Assembly (NCBI GenBank): GCA_951406725.2
Contig: OX597825.1
Location: forward strand, 86,242,001 to 86,306,000
Length of the DNA stretch: 64,000 nt
Source of the DNA: Octopus vulgaris
Lineage: Eukaryota
Direction of reading: 5' to 3'
Part shown: one piece after another, positions 61,197-64,000 of the stretch
How positions within the stretch are numbered: position 1 is the first letter of the stretch
How the letters are laid out: each line of letters begins with the position of its first letter
Translations under genes and position numbers: made by a program
The notes under the pieces: model-generated
What the model saw: the letters and a program-made list of their open reading frames with translations, nothing else
What the model was told of the DNA's origin: nothing
The model's database searches: none

Positions 61197-64000
61197 AATG
61201 AATGGTGATCCTTCAGGCTTGAGGGGACACAATGAATGGTGATCTTTCAGGCTTGAGGGCACAGAATGAATGGTGATCCTTCAGGCTTGAGGGGAGAGAA
61301 TGAATGGTGATCCTTCAGGCTTGAGTGCACAGAATGAATGGTGATCCTTCAGGCTTGAGGGCACAGAATGAATGGTGATCCTTCAGGCTTGAGGTGAAAG
61401 AATGAATGGTGATCCTTCAGGCTTGAGGGCACAGAATGAATGGTGATCCTTCAGGCTTGAGGGGACAGAATGAATGGTGATCCTTCAGGCTTGAGGGACA
61501 GAATGAATGGTGATCCTTCAGGCTTGAGGGGACAGAATGAATGGTGATCCTTCAGGCTTGAGTGCACAGAATGAATGGTGATCCTTCAGGCTTGAGGGGA
61601 CAGAATGAATGGTGATCCTTCAGGCTTCAGTGCACAGAGTGAATGGTGATCCTTCAAGCTTGAGGGGACAGAATGAATAGTGATCCTTCAGGCCTGAGGG
61701 GACAGAATGAATGGTGATCCTTCAGGCTTGAGGGGACAGAATGAATGGTGATCCTTCAGGCTTGAGGGGACACATTGAATGTTGATCCTTCAGGCTTGAG
61801 GGCACAGAGTGAATGGTGATCCATCAGGTTTGAGGGGACAGAATGAATGGTGATCCTTCAGGCTTGAGGGCACTGATTGAATGGTGATCCTTCAGGCTTG
61901 ATGGGACAGAATGAATGGTGATCATTCAGGCCTGAGGGGACAGAATGAATGGTGAGCCTTCAGGCTTGAGGGGACAATGAATGGTGACCCTTCAGGCTTG
62001 AGGGGACAAAATGAATGGTGATCCTTCAGGCTTGAGGGGACACAATGAATGGTGATCCTTCAGGCTTGATGGGACAGAATGAATGGTGATCCTTCAGGCT
62101 TGAGGGCACAGAATGAATGGTCATCCGTCAGGCTTGAGGGGACAGATTGAATGTTGATCCTTCAGGCTTGAGGGGACACAATGAATGGTGATCCGTCAGG
62201 CTTGAGGGGACAGAATGAATGGTAATCCTTCAAGCTAGAGGGGACAGAATGAATGGTGATCCTTCAGGCCTGAGGGGACAGAATGAATGGTGATCCTTCA
62301 GGCTTGAGGGGACAGAATGAATGGTGATCCTTCAGGCTTGAGGGGACAGAATGAATGGTGATCCTTCAGGCTTGAGGGGACAGATTGAATGTTGATCCTT
62401 CAGGCTTGAGGGGACACAATGAATGGTGATCTGTCAGGCTTGAGGGGACAGAATGAATGGTGATCCTTCAGGCTTGAGGGGACAGAATGAATGGTGATCC
62501 TTCAGGCTTGAGGGGACACAATGAATGGTGATCCTTCAGGCTTGAGGGGACAGAATGAATGGTGATCCTTCACACTTCAGGGGACAGAATGAATGGTGAT
62601 CCTTCAGGCTTGAGGGGACACAATGAATGTTGATCCTTCAGGCTTGAGGGGACACAATGAATGGTGATCCTTCAGGCTTGAGGGGACACAATGAATGGTG
62701 ATCCTTCAGGTTTGAGGGGACAGAATGAATGGTGATCCTTCAGGCTTCAGGGGACAGAATGAATGGTGATCCTTCAGGCTTGATGTGACAGAATGAATTG
62801 TGATCCTTTAGGCTTGAGGGGACAGAATGAATGGTGATCCTTCAGGCTTGAGGGGACAGAATAAATGGTGATCCTTCAGCCTTGAGGGCACAGAATGAAT
62901 GGTGATCCTTCAGGCTTGAGGGCACAGAATGAATGGTGATCCTTCAGGCTTGAGGGCACAGAATGAATGGTGATCCTTCAAGCTAGAGGGGACAGAATGA
63001 ATGGTGATCCTTCAGGCCTGAGGGGACAGAATGAATGGTGATCCATCAGGTTTGAGGGGACAGAATGAATGGTGATCCTTCAGGCTTGAGAGCACTGATG
63101 GAATGGTGATCCTTCAGGCTTGATGGGACAGAATGAATGGTGATCATTCAGGCCTGAGGGGACAGAATGAATGGTGATCCTTCAGGCTTGAAAGGACAAA
63201 TGAATGGTGACCCTTCAGGCTTGAGGGGACAAAATGAATGGTGATCCTTCAGGCTTGAGGGGACACAATGAATGGTGATCCTTCAGGCTTGACGGGACAG
63301 AATGAATGGTGATCCTTCAGGCTTGAGGGCACATAATGAATGGTCATCCCTCAGGCTTGAGGGGACAGATTGAATGTTGATCCTTCAGGCTTGAGGGGAC
63401 ACAATGAATGGTGATCCGTCATGCTTGAGGGGACAGAATGAATGGTAATCCTTCAAGCTAGAGGGGACAGAATGAATGGTGATCCTTCAGGCCTGAGGGG
63501 ACAGAATGAATGGTGATCCTTCAGGCTTGAGGGGACAGAATGAATGGTGATCCTTCAGGCTTGAGGGGACAGAATGAATGGTGATCCTTCAGGCTTGAGG
63601 GGACAGATTGAATGTTGATCCTTCAGGCTTGAGGGCACAGAATGAATGGTGATCCTTCAGGCTTGAGTGCACAGAATGAATGGTGATCNNNNNNNNNNNN
63701 NNNNNNNNNNNNNNNNNNNNNNNNNNNNNNNNNNNNNNNNNNNNNNNNNNNNNNNNNNNNNNNNNNNNNNNNNNNNNNNNNNNNNNNNGAATGAATGGTG
63801 ATCCTTCAGGCTTGAGGGGACAGAATGAATGGTGATCCTTCAGGCTTGAGGGGACAGAATGAATGGTGATCCTTCAGGCTTGAGGGGACAGAATGAATGG
63901 TGATCCTTCAGGCTTGAGGGACAGAATTGGTGATCCTTCAGGGGGGGACAGAATGAATGGTGATCCTTCAGGCTTGAGGGGACACAATGAATGGTGATCC
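61197..64000. repeat. 34-bp tandem satellite (GAATGAATGGTGATCCTTCAGGCTTGAGGGGACA)n
   Basis: About 80 directly visible monomers with 33/34-bp variants, running to the window end across an N gap. Confidence 0.98.
63689..63788. other. Assembly gap (100 N)
   Basis: Exactly 100 Ns inside the satellite, so the true array length is unknown. Confidence 0.99.

Noticed and set aside
61197-64000. 34-bp repeat with a hairpin, superficially like a CRISPR repeat
   Set aside because: No unique spacers; a head-to-tail eukaryotic satellite with no cas genes.

Overview
Eukaryotic, AT-rich DNA full of microsatellites and SINEs, most consistent with an octopus/coleoid cephalopod genome (inferred from the repeat families and the tandem TGEKP-type C2H2 genes). 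(1) 3111-41568 (+): the last 20 coding exons of an ASH1L/ash1 H3K36 methyltransferase. I reconstructed these by hand; all introns are GT-AG and all phases join (2902 nt, about 966 aa: FQLP motif, AWS-SET-postSET, bromodomain, PHD, BAH, polyQ, conserved C-terminus). The 5' part of the gene lies upstream of the window. (2) About 49.0-58.5 kb (+): two tandem 10-finger C2H2 zinc-finger genes sharing two near-identical ~450-bp non-coding blocks. (3) 61197-64000: a 34-bp satellite with a ~1.22-kb higher-order duplication and a 100-N gap. Interspersed are several tRNA-derived SINE families, RTE/CR1 LINE fragments, MITEs and Helitron/Helentron-like elements. The most unusual object is a 415-bp insertion between the ZNF genes (53198-53612). 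It is bounded by a 13-bp direct repeat and consists of a tRNA-like Pol III head between ~150-bp inverted arms. Each arm carries a minimal type I hammerhead-ribozyme motif of the Penelope-like-element type. Most ORFs in the supplied track are microsatellite or repeat artefacts.
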